In this document: positions 29,025 to 39,785 of the stretch, piece by piece
Numbering within the stretch: position 1 is the stretch's first letter
Layout: each line of letters starts with the position of its first letter
Source of the DNA: an uncultured Spirochaetota bacterium
GTDB lineage: Bacteria > Spirochaetota > Spirochaetia > SZUA-6 > Fen-1364
Reading direction: 5' to 3'
Assembly (NCBI GenBank): GCA_963781885.1
Contig: CAWAHW010000004.1
Coordinates: 480,001 to 544,000, forward strand
Length of the DNA stretch: 64,000 nucleotides
The notes under the pieces: model-generated
Seen by the model: only the letters and a program-made list of their open reading frames with translations
Told to the model about the DNA's origin: nothing
Database searches by the model: none
Position numbers and translations under genes: made by a program

Positions 29025-30914
29025 ATGGGACCGACCCTCATCGGACTCTTGCAGGAATCCGTCATCAAGTTCGCTTCTTTGGCGGCCCTCAAATACCGCG
29101 GCCCTTCCGGCGAATTCCAGACACTCACCTATGCCGAGCTGTACAATGCCGTCAAGGAGCTCGGAACGGGTCTCATCTCCACCGGCCTGCCCCCGGGCAC
29201 GCATGTCGCCCTTCTTTCGGAGAACAACCCCCGCTGGCTCGTGGCGGACCTCGCCATTCTGGGCATTGCGGCGGTCGACGTGCCTTTCAGCTCCCGCGTG
29301 AGCGACCGCGAGCTGGAGCAGGTGATGACCCACGCCGACTGCGAGGCGGCAGTCGTGGAGGACACCGCCCTTCTCCATCGGCTGCTCGCGATCCGGCGCA
29401 GGCTGCGGCGCCTGAAGAAGATCATCGTGATGGATTTCGTCGGCCCAAAGCCCGATGCGGGCGCGGGCGAAGAGCGGGTCCTCATCTACAGCTGGGACGA
29501 GGTGCTGAAAAAGGGGCGAGCCCGCATCGCGCGGGGCAGCAGGCAATTCGAGCTGCGGGGCGCGAGCGTGACGCCCGCGGACACCGCGACGCTCGTCTAC
29601 ACCTCCGGCACGACGGGAAGGCCGAAGGGGGTCATGCTTTCCCACGGCGGCATCATGCACAACGTGAACAGCGTGCACGCGTCCATGAACCCCGCGCCCG
29701 GGGCGACCTGGCTCTCCGTGCTTCCCGTCTGGCACTCCTTCGAGCGCACGGTGGAGTACTGCAGCATCTCTTTCGGCAGCACCATCGCCTACTCCCGGCC
29801 GACGGAGTGGAAGATACTCGAAGACCTCAAGAGCCTTTCACCCGAATACCTCGTCGTCGTGCCGACCCTGCTGGAGGCGATTGAGAAAAGCATCGGCCGC
29901 CGGCTCGGGTGGTTCGGCGGCTTCCTCACGCGCTTCGAGAAGTTCTACCAGGTCTTTTCGGGATTCATCATGGGCCGGTATCCGCGGTTCCGGCGGGAAG
30001 AGCGCGTGCTGGAGATATTCGCCGCCGTGCTGCCGCTCGTGCTCCTTTCGCCTGTCAAGCTCGTTTCCCAGCTCTTCCTCCGCAATCGCGTGCACGGCAT
30101 GCTGGGGGGAAAGCTGCGGGCGATCGTCTGCGGCGGCGGCGCGCTCCCCGCCTATCTCGACCGGTACTTCGCCGCCATCGGCGTGAACGTCCTGGAAGGG
30201 TACGGCCTCACCGAGGCGTCACCCATCGTGAGCATGCGCGCGGAAAAATCGCCCGTCCTGGGCACGGTGGGAAGACCACTCGCCTCCACGGAGGTGCGCA
30301 TCGTCGGGGACGCAGGTGAAAGCCTTCCCCCGGGCCGCAAGGGCCACGTGCAGGTGAAAGGGCCGCAGGTGATGCTCGGGTACTACAAGGACCCGGCCGC
30401 CACGCGCCAGCTCCTTGCCGACGACGGCTGGCTTTCCACCGGGGACAGCGGGATATTCACCGTGGACGGAAACCTTGTCATCACCGGCAGGATGAAGAAT
30501 GCCATCGTCCTGCGCTCGGGCGAGCGCGTGGAGCCCGAGCCCATCGAGGCGGTCGTCCAGGAGTCTCCCTACGTGCAGGAAGCGGTCGTCGTCGGGGAGA
30601 ACCGGGAATCGCCCGGGCTGCTCATCGTGCCCAACCGTGACATGCTGCGCAAGCTCGCCGATTCCCGGAGAATACCGTGGACGGATGCCAATGAGATGGT
30701 GGGAAATCCCGCCATTCACAGATTCTACCAGGGTGAGGTGCAGACGCAGCTCGTGAACAATGGCATCTCGTTCCCCGGCGGCGGGGCCCCGCGCATCGCG
30801 CTCCTTCCTGCCGATTTCGAGATCGGACGCGAGCTCACGCGGACGCTCACGAAGCGACGCGAGGTGATTTCCGCTCTTTACGGCGGGGTCATCGAGCGCC
30901 TGTATCGATCCTGA
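29025..30914 (+). CDS. Long-chain fatty acid--CoA ligase (AMP-binding)
   Basis: YTSGTTGRPKGVML, EGYGLTE, GYYK, WLSTGD and GRMKN motifs. Confidence 0.92.
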   Translation: MGPTLIGLLQESVIKFASLAALKYRGPSGEFQTLTYAELYNAVKELGTGLISTGLPPGTHVALLSENNPRWLVADLAILGIAAVDVPFSSRVSDRELEQVMTHADCEAAVVEDTALLHRLLAIRRRLRRLKKIIVMDFVGPKPDAGAGEERVLIYSWDEVLKKGRARIARGSRQFELRGASVTPADTATLVYTSGTTGRPKGVMLSHGGIMHNVNSVHASMNPAPGATWLSVLPVWHSFERTVEYCSISFGSTIAYSRPTEWKILEDLKSLSPEYLVVVPTLLEAIEKSIGRRLGWFGGFLTRFEKFYQVFSGFIMGRYPRFRREERVLEIFAAVLPLVLLSPVKLVSQLFLRNRVHGMLGGKLRAIVCGGGALPAYLDRYFAAIGVNVLEGYGLTEASPIVSMRAEKSPVLGTVGRPLASTEVRIVGDAGESLPPGRKGHVQVKGPQVMLGYYKDPAATRQLLADDGWLSTGDSGIFTVDGNLVITGRMKNAIVLRSGERVEPEPIEAVVQESPYVQEAVVVGENRESPGLLIVPNRDMLRKLADSRRIPWTDANEMVGNPAIHRFYQGEVQTQLVNNGISFPGGGAPRIALLPADFEIGRELTRTLTKRREVISALYGGVIERLYRS

Positions 30915-32868
30915 GCCCCGCCAGCCGATCCCGAAGGGCCCGGATGCGCCCGTCCATTTCCTCCCATGCCGTCATTGCCGCGTCGTGCCGTGCGTGGTTC
31001 TCCGCGTGCTGCCGGCGCAGGTCCCGCATCCGCCCGCCGTTGGCGTAGACCTCGGGAAGGGCCATCGACTCCTCGATCGACTTGCGAGCCGCCTCCAGCC
31101 GCTCCACCTCGCCCATGAGCTCGGCCTCCTGCTTTTCAAGGGAGCGCAGCTCGCTCTTGAGCTTCTTTTCCTCTTCCCGCTCCCGCTGCGTCGAGGTCTT
31201 CGGCTCGTCGCGCGCGGCGGCGCGGGGAGCACGCGGAAAGGCCGCCGACTCCGCCTCCTCCAGCGCGAGCTTTCGAATGTAATACTCGTAGTCGCCGGGC
31301 AGGTAGCGCGCCCCGCCGTTTTTCACTTCCAATACCGCGGTGGCCAGATGGGAGATGAAATGCCGGTCGTGCGACACGAAGATCACCGTGCCGGGGAAGC
31401 CGTGCAGCGCATCCAGGAGCACGTCCTTGGAGGCGATGTCGAGGTGATTCGTCGGCTCGTCGAGGATGAGGAGATTCGCCGGGCGCAGGAGGAGCAGGAG
31501 CATCGCCAGCCTGCTCTTTTCACCTCCGCTCAGGACGGAGACGGGCTTGAAGACATCGTCGCCGCGGAAGAGAAATGCCCCGAGCAGCGTCCGCAGCTCG
31601 GGCATGAGAGCGGTCGGCGCCGCTGCCTCCATTTCCTCGATCACCTGCCGGTCGCTGTGCCACGCATCGGCGTTCTCCTGCGAGTAGAAAGCGGGTGTCA
31701 CGCCCGTTCCCCACTTCAGCGCGCCGGCGTCCGGGGGCTCGCGGCCGCCGATGAGGCGCAGGAGCGTCGATTTCCCCGCGCCGTTCACGCCGACCACCAC
31801 GAGCTTGTCGCCCTTGGAAACCTCGACGCCCACCCCCTCGAAGACGCGCATGCCGTTGTAGGATTTCGCGAGGCCCGTCGCCGAGAGCACGACCCTTCCG
31901 CACGCCGGCGGCGCCGGAAAGCGGAAGTGTATCGACTTCACGACCGGCGGCACCTCGATGCGCTCGATCTTCTCCAGCGCGGTGATCCTGCTCTGGACCA
32001 GGCGCGCCTTGGAGGCATTGTAGCGGAACCGTCGGATGAACGCCTCGACGTGGGCGATCTCTTCCTGCTGCGCGCGCCACCTCTCCATGATCGCCGCGAG
32101 CTCCCGGGTGCGCATCTCCTCGTAGCGGGTGTAGTTGCCGGTGTAGACCGACACGTGCGCCATGTAGATTTCCGCCACGGAGCTCACGACCACGTCGAGG
32201 AAATAGCGGTCGTGGGACACGAGCAGGAGGCCCCCCGGGTATTCCGCAAGGTACTGCTCCAGCCACGTGCGGGCCTCGATGTCCAGGTAGTTCGTCGGCT
32301 CGTCGAGGAGGAGGATGTCGGGCGACTCGAGGATGGAACGGGCAAGGGCGATGCGCATCTGCCAGCCGGCGGAAAAAGCCGTGCACGGCTTTGCAAAGTC
32401 CGCCCGGGAAAAACCCAGCCCCGCGAGCACCCGGTCCATCGCCTCCTCGCGCGCGTAGTAGCCGCTTGCCTCCAGCCGCTCCTGGAGGGTGCTGTGCCGG
32501 AAGAGAAGACCGGCCTCCTCCGATGAGCCGGGTGACAGGCCGCCCAGCCTGTCTTCCACTTGTGCGAGCTCCTCCACGATTGCGCGTCCCCGGCCGAATG
32601 CCTTTTCCGCCTCTTCCCGCAGGGAGCAGCCCGCCGGGACGACACCCGACTGCGGCACGTAGCTCACGCGGGTGTCCTTTTCCGGCACGACGGCGCCCGT
32701 GTCGGGAAGGGACTGGCCGGCCATGATCCTCATGAGCGTGGTCTTGCCGCTGCCATTGGGCCCGACAAGCGCGGTGCGGGAGCCGGTGGCGATCGTGAGG
32801 TTCACGGCGTCCAGGAGCCGCCGTTCCCCGAAGGCGACGCTTACGCCGGAGAGGCTGACGAGTGGCAT
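30889..32868 (-). CDS. ABC-F family ATPase
   Basis: Two NBDs (GPNGSGKT...DEPTNYLD; GVNGAGKS...SGGE...DEPTNHLD), no TM segments and a C-terminal coiled coil. Confidence 0.95.
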   Translation of the reverse strand: MPLVSLSGVSVAFGERRLLDAVNLTIATGSRTALVGPNGSGKTTLMRIMAGQSLPDTGAVVPEKDTRVSYVPQSGVVPAGCSLREEAEKAFGRGRAIVEELAQVEDRLGGLSPGSSEEAGLLFRHSTLQERLEASGYYAREEAMDRVLAGLGFSRADFAKPCTAFSAGWQMRIALARSILESPDILLLDEPTNYLDIEARTWLEQYLAEYPGGLLLVSHDRYFLDVVVSSVAEIYMAHVSVYTGNYTRYEEMRTRELAAIMERWRAQQEEIAHVEAFIRRFRYNASKARLVQSRITALEKIERIEVPPVVKSIHFRFPAPPACGRVVLSATGLAKSYNGMRVFEGVGVEVSKGDKLVVVGVNGAGKSTLLRLIGGREPPDAGALKWGTGVTPAFYSQENADAWHSDRQVIEEMEAAAPTALMPELRTLLGAFLFRGDDVFKPVSVLSGGEKSRLAMLLLLLRPANLLILDEPTNHLDIASKDVLLDALHGFPGTVIFVSHDRHFISHLATAVLEVKNGGARYLPGDYEYYIRKLALEEAESAAFPRAPRAAARDEPKTSTQREREEEKKLKSELRSLEKQEAELMGEVERLEAARKSIEESMALPEVYANGGRMRDLRRQHAENHARHDAAMTAWEEMDGRIRALRDRLAGLRIDTGAR

Positions 32869-32874
32869 CGGCTG

Positions 32875-34179
32875 CTACGGGGACTGGCTGAAGAAGATCA
32901 CAGAGGGCGACGATCCGGGATGCGTGACCGTGAGGTCCTGCACGCTGTCCTTCGCGAGGGTGGTGAAGCGCAGGCCGCCACCGGCCGCTTTGTAGAGGAA
33001 GCTCACGCCGCCTTTCGTTGCGTCGTCAAAATTGAAGGTAAGCGCCCCGTCGTAGTCGGAGGCGATCTGCTTGCCGACCCGCAGCGTGAAATCCAGGCTG
33101 CCCTTCCCCTTCACGCCGGGCTCGATGTAGGCAGGCACAAGCGCCGCGTATCCCGTCCAGGTGAACCGCATGTCGGGCTGGAGGACGATCGTGCCGTACG
33201 CATTGCTCGTGAGGGTGGCCCCCGCCTTCGTGAGGGAGGCGTAGATATCGACGCGGCGCTGCTGCTCGTTTGCCACGATCTCGGCGATGTCGTCCTTCAT
33301 GGACACGTAGGTGTCCGTCTTCGGCTGGTCCTTGTAGCGCCACGTGACATTGATGCGCTGGTCGTCCAGCACGTCGATGCGCAGGTCGGTGCCGGTGAAG
33401 AGGTAGGAGGCGGCGCCCACCTTCTGCGGCTCGCCGGTGTAGTGGAACTCGAAGGTGGAGAGCGGGAGCACGAGCTTCATGACCCTGTCCGCGGGGCTGG
33501 GGAAGAGGCCGACATCCTCCCGCAGCATCGTGAGATCGATCGCGCCGCTTCCGATCATGTCCAGGAACCACGCGGGCCGCCACGTCGTTCCCATGATGCG
33601 CGCGAGCGTCTCATCCTGGCTCAAGATGGCGTTCATCTGCGGCGTGGGATCGCCGGCCGCCGTGAATACCTTCAGGAAATGCCCGAAGCAGAAGCCCGTG
33701 AAGCCATCCTCCGTGCTCACCTCGTACCAGTAGTCGGTGTACGGCTTCACCGTCGCCTGCTCGGCGGACCTGCCGATCACCTTCACGAGCTGCCGGTACT
33801 GGAGCTTGTAGATGGTCTTTCCTTCCGGGGCCGCCGCGTCGCGTATGGGAAGCGGGGGGCTGTCCTCCTTGACGACGACCGCCCACGTGCCCCGGTCCGC
33901 GGCATAGCGGGACGCGAAAGCTGCCGCCTCGCCCCGGCTCTTGAAGACCCGGATCCTGCCCGCGGGGTATTCGCGCGGCTTTGACTCCCCGGCGACGGAG
34001 ATGAGAAGCGTGGAGTCGATTGCGGACGATTGCCGCACGGCGACGACGACCCCTGTCTGCGGCTCTCCCGTGAGCTCCCCCCAGAGCACGACGCCATAGC
34101 CGACGGCGCGGCTTCCACAAGAGCCCAGGAGCAGCGCGCCGGACAACAGAAGCGAGCCGACGAGGATCTTGCGCAGCAT
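32875..34179 (-). CDS. Lipoprotein with bacterial SH3-like domain
   Basis: Lipobox LLLGSC. SH3-like segment LPIRDA...YWYEVSTEDGFTGFCFG. Promoter TTGCAA-N17-CAGTAT-N7-ATG. Confidence 0.75.
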   Translation of the reverse strand: MLRKILVGSLLLSGALLLGSCGSRAVGYGVVLWGELTGEPQTGVVVAVRQSSAIDSTLLISVAGESKPREYPAGRIRVFKSRGEAAAFASRYAADRGTWAVVVKEDSPPLPIRDAAAPEGKTIYKLQYRQLVKVIGRSAEQATVKPYTDYWYEVSTEDGFTGFCFGHFLKVFTAAGDPTPQMNAILSQDETLARIMGTTWRPAWFLDMIGSGAIDLTMLREDVGLFPSPADRVMKLVLPLSTFEFHYTGEPQKVGAASYLFTGTDLRIDVLDDQRINVTWRYKDQPKTDTYVSMKDDIAEIVANEQQRRVDIYASLTKAGATLTSNAYGTIVLQPDMRFTWTGYAALVPAYIEPGVKGKGSLDFTLRVGKQIASDYDGALTFNFDDATKGGVSFLYKAAGGGLRFTTLAKDSVQDLTVTHPGSSPSVIFFSQSP

Positions 34180-34289
34180 GGTGGCAATACTGTTGCGGCG
34201 GGGCGATTTTTGCAAGTGGGGCCGCCCGCCGGCGCCGTGCTCACTTGCCCCGGGAGGGAAAAAAACGTATACACCACAACAAAGGAGAA

Positions 34290-35522
34290 ATGCCGATGGA
34301 TGCCCTTGAGGACCTGCGCGCGCGTTTGGCGGAAAAGAAGACCCAGATGATCGAGCTGCAGCGGGACCTCACGGCGGTTCCCGCCCTCGCCCCGCAGAGC
34401 GGCGGCACGGGCGAATGGGAGAAGGCCGCCGTTCTCACGAAATGGCTCGACCGCCTCGGCCTGGGACCGGTGGAGACGCATGCCGCCCCCGACGATCGTG
34501 TCCCGCGCGGGAACAGGCCCAACCTCGTCGTCACCATTCCGGGGCGACGGACGGATGCCAGCTTCTGGATCATGTCGCACCTGGATGTCGTGCCGCCCGG
34601 AGAGGCGTCGCTCTGGGAATCGGACCCCTACACCCTCGTGGTCAAGGGCGACCGTCTCATCGGGCGGGGCGTGGAAGACAACCAGCAGGGCCTCGTCTCC
34701 TCGGTGTTCGCGGCGGTGTGTCTGAAGGAAGCGGGGCTCACGCCCGACAGGACGGTCCGTCTGCTCTTCGTCGCCGATGAGGAGACCGGCTCGGAGAAGG
34801 GCGTCCAGTATCTCGTGGCAGAGACCGATCTCTTCGGGCCGCGGGACGTTGCGCTGGTTCCGGACGGCGGCTCGGCAGACGGCACGGAGATCGAGATCGC
34901 CGAGAAGAGCATCCTGTGGCTGAAATTCCGCATCAAAGGCCGGCAGTGCCATGCCTCCACCCCGCAGAAGGGCATCAATGCCTTCGAGGCAGGGTCGCAT
35001 CTCGTGGCGCGCCTGGGCGTGCTGCGGGAGCGCTACGCGGCGCATGACGGGCTCTTCGACCCGCCCGTGTCCACGTTCACGCCGACAAAGAAGGAAGCGA
35101 ATGTCCCCAACGTGAACACGCTTCCCGGTGAAGACGTGTTCTACCTCGATTGCCGCGTTCTGCCGCGGGAGAATCTCGACGAGGTCATGAGGACGATCCG
35201 CGGCATCTGCGACCAGGTGCAGACCGATTTCGGCGTGTCGATCGACATCCAGGAAGTGCAGCGCGCCTCTTCCCCCCCCACGCCGGCGAATGCGCCGTTC
35301 GTTGCCACGCTGAAGGGCGCGGTGAAGAGCGTCTATGGCGTGGAGGGAAAGACCATCGGCATCGGCGGCGGCACCGTGGGTGCGTTCCTCCGCAAGGAGG
35401 GCATCCCCACCGTTGTCTGGGGCAGGATCGCCGAGACGGCGCACCAGCCCAACGAGTACTGCCTCATCGACAATCTCATCGGCGATGCTCTTGTCATGGC
35501 CGTCATGATGCTCGCGCCATAA
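34290..35522 (+). CDS. M20-family metallohydrolase (DapE/ArgE-like)
   Basis: SHLDVVP, GRGVEDN, ADEETGS, HASTP and AHQPNE motifs. AAGGAG SD. Confidence 0.9.
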   Translation: MPMDALEDLRARLAEKKTQMIELQRDLTAVPALAPQSGGTGEWEKAAVLTKWLDRLGLGPVETHAAPDDRVPRGNRPNLVVTIPGRRTDASFWIMSHLDVVPPGEASLWESDPYTLVVKGDRLIGRGVEDNQQGLVSSVFAAVCLKEAGLTPDRTVRLLFVADEETGSEKGVQYLVAETDLFGPRDVALVPDGGSADGTEIEIAEKSILWLKFRIKGRQCHASTPQKGINAFEAGSHLVARLGVLRERYAAHDGLFDPPVSTFTPTKKEANVPNVNTLPGEDVFYLDCRVLPRENLDEVMRTIRGICDQVQTDFGVSIDIQEVQRASSPPTPANAPFVATLKGAVKSVYGVEGKTIGIGGGTVGAFLRKEGIPTVVWGRIAETAHQPNEYCLIDNLIGDALVMAVMMLAP

Positions 35523-35564
35523 TAGGGTGGGCTTGTCCGGGCGTGCGCCACGGACCGGATCCGC

Positions 35565-36110
35565 TCAGGTGCTCCGCGTCGCAAAGCGCGCGTCCACGGG
35601 AACGCCCCTGAAACGCGTGGCGGCATACCGGCCAATAATGTGGGAATCCGCTTCGAATGCCATCTCAGGAAGCGGTCCTTCGAGCGGAATCCAGGCGCAC
35701 GCGTCCACGTCGTCGCCCGGGCGGGCAGCAATGCCGGGGGAGACGGGATGCGCCAGGAGAACGACGACCAGGCTGTGGAGCCGCGGCGTGAGGAAATTGG
35801 ACACGACGCTCAGGATCGAATCGATGCAGATGTCCAGACCCGTCTCCTCCCTCACCTCGCGCAGCCCTGCGGTCAGAAAGTCCTCTTCGAACTCGATGAA
35901 GCCGCCGGGAAGGCACCATGCTCCTCCCCGGAATCTCCCTTCTGCCCTCCGCGCCAATAGGATACGACGGTCATTCTCGATCAGAACGACGACGCCCGGG
36001 AAGGGATTGCGGGCAGCCGGGGGGGCTTCCGTCCTGGCATTCTCATCATGCGCCCCGAAGACCTGGATCGTCGCGGGATCAGGCCCGTTTCCTCTCGGCT
36101 TGCGCGACAT
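35565..36110 (-). CDS. NUDIX hydrolase
   Basis: Nudix box PGGFIEFEEDFLTAGLREVREETGL; LAF-H-like MAFEADSH. Confidence 0.88.
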   Translation of the reverse strand: MSRKPRGNGPDPATIQVFGAHDENARTEAPPAARNPFPGVVVLIENDRRILLARRAEGRFRGGAWCLPGGFIEFEEDFLTAGLREVREETGLDICIDSILSVVSNFLTPRLHSLVVVLLAHPVSPGIAARPGDDVDACAWIPLEGPLPEMAFEADSHIIGRYAATRFRGVPVDARFATRST

Positions 36111-36122
36111 TTCGCCCGCCCG

Positions 36123-36992
36123 CTACTTCAGGCTTTCATAGACGATGCAGATTTTGCCCTGCCGGAGGAGCTCGATATTCTCCGGCAGCGCCAGGAGCTG
36201 GTGCGCGCCATCGGTCGAGATGATGATGTCCGTGCTCGCCTCGCCGCGGACGCCGCGCGCGGCAAGCCGCAGCGGAAGTGCGCCGACGCGCAGGTCGAAG
36301 GCCGGGTCATCGACGTCCTCGGAGTAGCCCACTTCTCCCCACCGGGAAAGCGCGTCGGGATCGCACATCGACCTGTCCAGCACGAGATCCATCTGCTCGT
36401 CCCAGATCCGGGGGAAGAGCGCGGGACGGGCGGCGAGCATGCGGGTGGTGCCGGCCTCGGGCAGCATTCCTTTTGCGAAGATGAGAAGGCCCGTGTATTT
36501 CCTCGTCGTCACGTCCCCCAGCCAGCGTCGGATGGGCGTCGCGGCCGCGGGAACGAGGGGAACGGCAATGCCCTGGGCGCCGAAAAGCGGCAGCGTGTAG
36601 CGGGCGACGAGCACCGTGAGGTCCGTCGTGAGGAAAAGCTCCGAGGGCCGGACGGCTAGCGCCGTGTCGTTCACCCGGGCAAAGAGCGCCGGGTCGGCGG
36701 AGAGCATGTCCGCGTACAGATGGGTGGAGTCGACGCGGAGGGGCGAGATGACGCGGGTGAGGAGGTCCGGCATGCGGGCATCCAGGAATGCCTCCGCGTC
36801 CCCCTTCGCACGGACCGGTGAAGGGACGGCGGGGTCAAGAGTCCGCCGCGCCTCAACCGTGATGTTTCCCGCGACCCAGTCGACGCTGCTCGTGACGGTG
36901 AAACCCGGCTCGTCAATGAGCGGGGCAGCGCCCGCCGCGACGGGCAGCACGACTGCCAGGGCGATGAAGAAGGCCGGGAGGTGTTTTTTCAT
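36123..36992 (-). CDS. Exported hypothetical protein; C-terminus resembles the domain found in LPP20-associated proteins
   Basis: Signal peptide. YTGLLIFAKG...PALFPRIWDE...RVGALPLRLAA...DIIIS pattern recalled by eye. Confidence 0.6.
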   Translation of the reverse strand: MKKHLPAFFIALAVVLPVAAGAAPLIDEPGFTVTSSVDWVAGNITVEARRTLDPAVPSPVRAKGDAEAFLDARMPDLLTRVISPLRVDSTHLYADMLSADPALFARVNDTALAVRPSELFLTTDLTVLVARYTLPLFGAQGIAVPLVPAAATPIRRWLGDVTTRKYTGLLIFAKGMLPEAGTTRMLAARPALFPRIWDEQMDLVLDRSMCDPDALSRWGEVGYSEDVDDPAFDLRVGALPLRLAARGVRGEASTDIIISTDGAHQLLALPENIELLRQGKICIVYESLK

Positions 36993-38098
36993 TGCGTGCT
37001 CCGGACGGGAAGAACGGGGATAAGAAGCCTCGCGCCGATCTGGAGGAAACGGGGATCGATGCGCGGGTTGAACTCGCCGATCATCTCGACGCTCACGCCG
37101 TAGAGGCGGGACAGGCCGTAGAGTGTGTCCCCCTTGGCCACGACGTGGACGCGGAATTCCAGGAGGGGCATGGACGTGCCGGCGAGCGCCTGTTCCACCG
37201 CATCGGCATCGGCCTCAGGAACCTTCAGTGAGTATGAATAGGAGGCGGGTGGCGTCACGAGGAAATTCAGCTCGGGGTTCGCCGCAACGAGATCCGCCAG
37301 GGGAACACCTGACGCGTGGGCAAGCAGGCGCAAGTCCACGCACCTGTCCAGCGCCACCATGCGGGGCTCCGGCGGCGGGGGGTCCCACCCCACGACAAGA
37401 CCGTAGCGCCCCGGGTGGCTGAAGATCATGCTGAGGGCGAGAAACTCGGGCACGAATGAAGCAGTCTCGCGCGGGAGCACGCCTTTCCTCCTCAGGGCCC
37501 AGTAATCGGCACCGGGGTTGCGCCGCATGATCGCCGACAGCTGCCCGACGCCGCAGTTGTATGCCGCAAGCGCGAGGTACCAGTCGCCGAAATACGCGCG
37601 GTTTTCCGCGAGCTTGGAAATCGACGCCCCGGTCGCCTTCCACGCGTCCCGCCGCTCGTCCAGCCAGAGGTCCATCCGCAGGCCGTACGGAGAGGCGGTA
37701 TTCCGCATGAGCTGCCAGAGACCCGTGGCACCCTGCGGGGAGACGGCGCGCGCCTGGAAGCCCGACTCCACCGCGGGCAGGAACTGCAGCTCGCGGGGCA
37801 GCCCCCGGGCCGCCAGCTCCGCGGCGATCATGGGCCGGTAGCGCGCGCTGGTGTCCAGGACGGCCTGCAGCCAGGTCCCCTGCCTGGCAAGGTAGCCCTG
37901 CACGAAGCTGCCAATGACATCTTCGTCAGGTATGGGGATGGAGTATACCTCCGTCCCCTCGTGGCCCTGGACCGGGGGCAGGGGCTCGTCGGGCACCGCA
38001 GCGCGCACGGGCGCCTCCTCGCCCCAGAGCGACGGGGCGAGCGCCAAAAACGCGACGAGCGCCGCTAGAGCTTTTCGCCGAAGTAGATACCGGCCCAT
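36989..38098 (-). CDS. Lytic murein transglycosylase (MltD-like SLT plus LysM)
   Basis: LPAVESGF (catalytic E), ATGLWQLM, LAAYNCG and ETASFVP motifs. C-terminal LysM HVVAKGDTL. Start approximate. Confidence 0.9.
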   Translation of the reverse strand: MGRYLLRRKALAALVAFLALAPSLWGEEAPVRAAVPDEPLPPVQGHEGTEVYSIPIPDEDVIGSFVQGYLARQGTWLQAVLDTSARYRPMIAAELAARGLPRELQFLPAVESGFQARAVSPQGATGLWQLMRNTASPYGLRMDLWLDERRDAWKATGASISKLAENRAYFGDWYLALAAYNCGVGQLSAIMRRNPGADYWALRRKGVLPRETASFVPEFLALSMIFSHPGRYGLVVGWDPPPPEPRMVALDRCVDLRLLAHASGVPLADLVAANPELNFLVTPPASYSYSLKVPEADADAVEQALAGTSMPLLEFRVHVVAKGDTLYGLSRLYGVSVEMIGEFNPRIDPRFLQIGARLLIPVLPVRSTQ

Positions 38099-39099
38099 TC
38101 CCACTGGCCGTTGACGTCCGGATTTGCCGGAAAATCCACCTGGCGGAAATACAGGTACCAGGTGCCGGGCCGGAAGTTCCAACCCGTCGTGCGGAGTGTC
38201 GCCTCGCGGCCGTTGGCCGCGATGTCGAGCTGACTGTCGATGGAGACGTTGGAGGTGGGCAGGTAATTGACGATGTTGTAGTTCACCGTCTCGTCTACGA
38301 TGACCTGCGTCTGGTCCCACGGCTCCTGGAAGAAGTTCACGGCGGCCTGGTACTTGCGGAGCTTGGCGATGTTCTTCGTGACGATGGCATCCCGCACCGC
38401 CGCGACCAGGTCATCGAGGTCGGGCAGCAGCCAGGTCTTGTTTTCCGCGTTGTAAAAGTTGACCTTCTCGGAGGCTTCCCGCAGCTTCAGGGTGTCGGCG
38501 GAAATGTCGGCGTCGATCGAGCCGACGTATTTCTGATACGCCTGGATCGACTGCTCCCACTCCCCCACCTCCTCGTAGCTCTTCGCCATGTAGTACCAGT
38601 TGATGCCGGGGCTCTGATCGGGAAAGCGCGAGAACAACTCCTTATAGTCGGCGATCTTCGCATCGGGATCGCTCTCCAGCGTCAGCAGCTCCTGGAGGCA
38701 CTGCAGGTGGATGGAGGTGCCCTTCACCAGGAGGTCCCCGTAGTTGGAGAGAATCCTACGATAGTAATGCACCGCGATCGGCGACGCGCGCATGTCCTTG
38801 TAGGCGTCAGCCACCAGGAGCAAGTAGTAGCCGTTGAAGACGTCATCCGGATTCTTCTCCACGTGCGTCGTGAGGAAGAGGATTTCCCTGTCGATGAGCC
38901 CCTCGTTTGCCAGCCCCGCGGCGATCTGGGTGATGAGGACGAACCTGTTCTCCTGATCCTTTGCCTTAGCGAAAAGGTTGAAGAGCTCCCGGAGTTCCTT
39001 GTTCTGCTCGAATGCGCCCAGGTAGTAGCGCGTGTCCGACACGGCGCATCCCGCGAGCGCGGCAACGAGCGCGATGAGCACGAAAAGGCGTCTTGCCAT
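38065..39099 (-). CDS. TPR-containing lipoprotein
   Basis: Lipobox LAGC and TPR-like helices (WYYMAKSYEEVGEWEQSIQAY). Confidence 0.75.
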   Translation of the reverse strand: MARRLFVLIALVAALAGCAVSDTRYYLGAFEQNKELRELFNLFAKAKDQENRFVLITQIAAGLANEGLIDREILFLTTHVEKNPDDVFNGYYLLLVADAYKDMRASPIAVHYYRRILSNYGDLLVKGTSIHLQCLQELLTLESDPDAKIADYKELFSRFPDQSPGINWYYMAKSYEEVGEWEQSIQAYQKYVGSIDADISADTLKLREASEKVNFYNAENKTWLLPDLDDLVAAVRDAIVTKNIAKLRKYQAAVNFFQEPWDQTQVIVDETVNYNIVNYLPTSNVSIDSQLDIAANGREATLRTTGWNFRPGTWYLYFRQVDFPANPDVNGQWEWAGIYFGEKL

Positions 39100-39176
39100 T
39101 GCCGTTGCGGGATAGTAGCAGGAAGCGATGCCGTTGGCAAGGCGGGCGCCATCTGATAGTATGAGCCCGCATTCCT

Positions 39177-39785
39177 ATGGTGAATCGACCCCCCCAGAGA
39201 TCTCCCCGAACGCCGCGTCGAAAAACGCCCCCGTTGCCTGCACGCAAGGCGCGGCCGCCTCGCTATCCGAACAAGCTTCTCGTCGGCGGCGTCGCGGTCT
39301 TCGTTGCCGGCGGGGTCCTCCTCCTCTGGAACCTCGGCTACCTGCCGCAGCCGGGACGCCTCTGGCCCGTACCCGTCATCATCGTCGGCCTTTTCTTCCT
39401 CTACATGGCGTGGCCGCGCGGCCGATCCGACCACTGGATCATCCCGGGCATGATCCTCACGCTCGGGGGAATCGTCTTCCTCCTCATGAACACCGTCTTG
39501 AGCGCCCAGAGCCTCGAACGCATCTGGCCCGCATTCATGCTCGTCACAGGAGTGTCGCTCGTGCCCTACGCCTACCGCAAACGCGGATCCGCACGGATCG
39601 CGATCATCATACCGGCGCTCTTCATCTCTTTCCTTGCGCTGGTCTTCCTCCCCTTCAGCCTCCACCGCACCGGTGGGGGCTTCGCCGCATTCGTGCGGCA
39701 ATGGTGGCCGGTCATCCCGCTGATACTCGGGATCGCCCTGGTCGTTTCATTTTTCAGCGCCCGGCGGCCGAGTAGTAAGGTATGA
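39177..39785 (+). CDS. LiaI/LiaF-like multi-pass membrane protein
   Basis: Repeated LWP/IWP/WWP-hydrophobic TM hairpins. Confidence 0.7.
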   Translation: MVNRPPQRSPRTPRRKTPPLPARKARPPRYPNKLLVGGVAVFVAGGVLLLWNLGYLPQPGRLWPVPVIIVGLFFLYMAWPRGRSDHWIIPGMILTLGGIVFLLMNTVLSAQSLERIWPAFMLVTGVSLVPYAYRKRGSARIAIIIPALFISFLALVFLPFSLHRTGGGFAAFVRQWWPVIPLILGIALVVSFFSARRPSSKV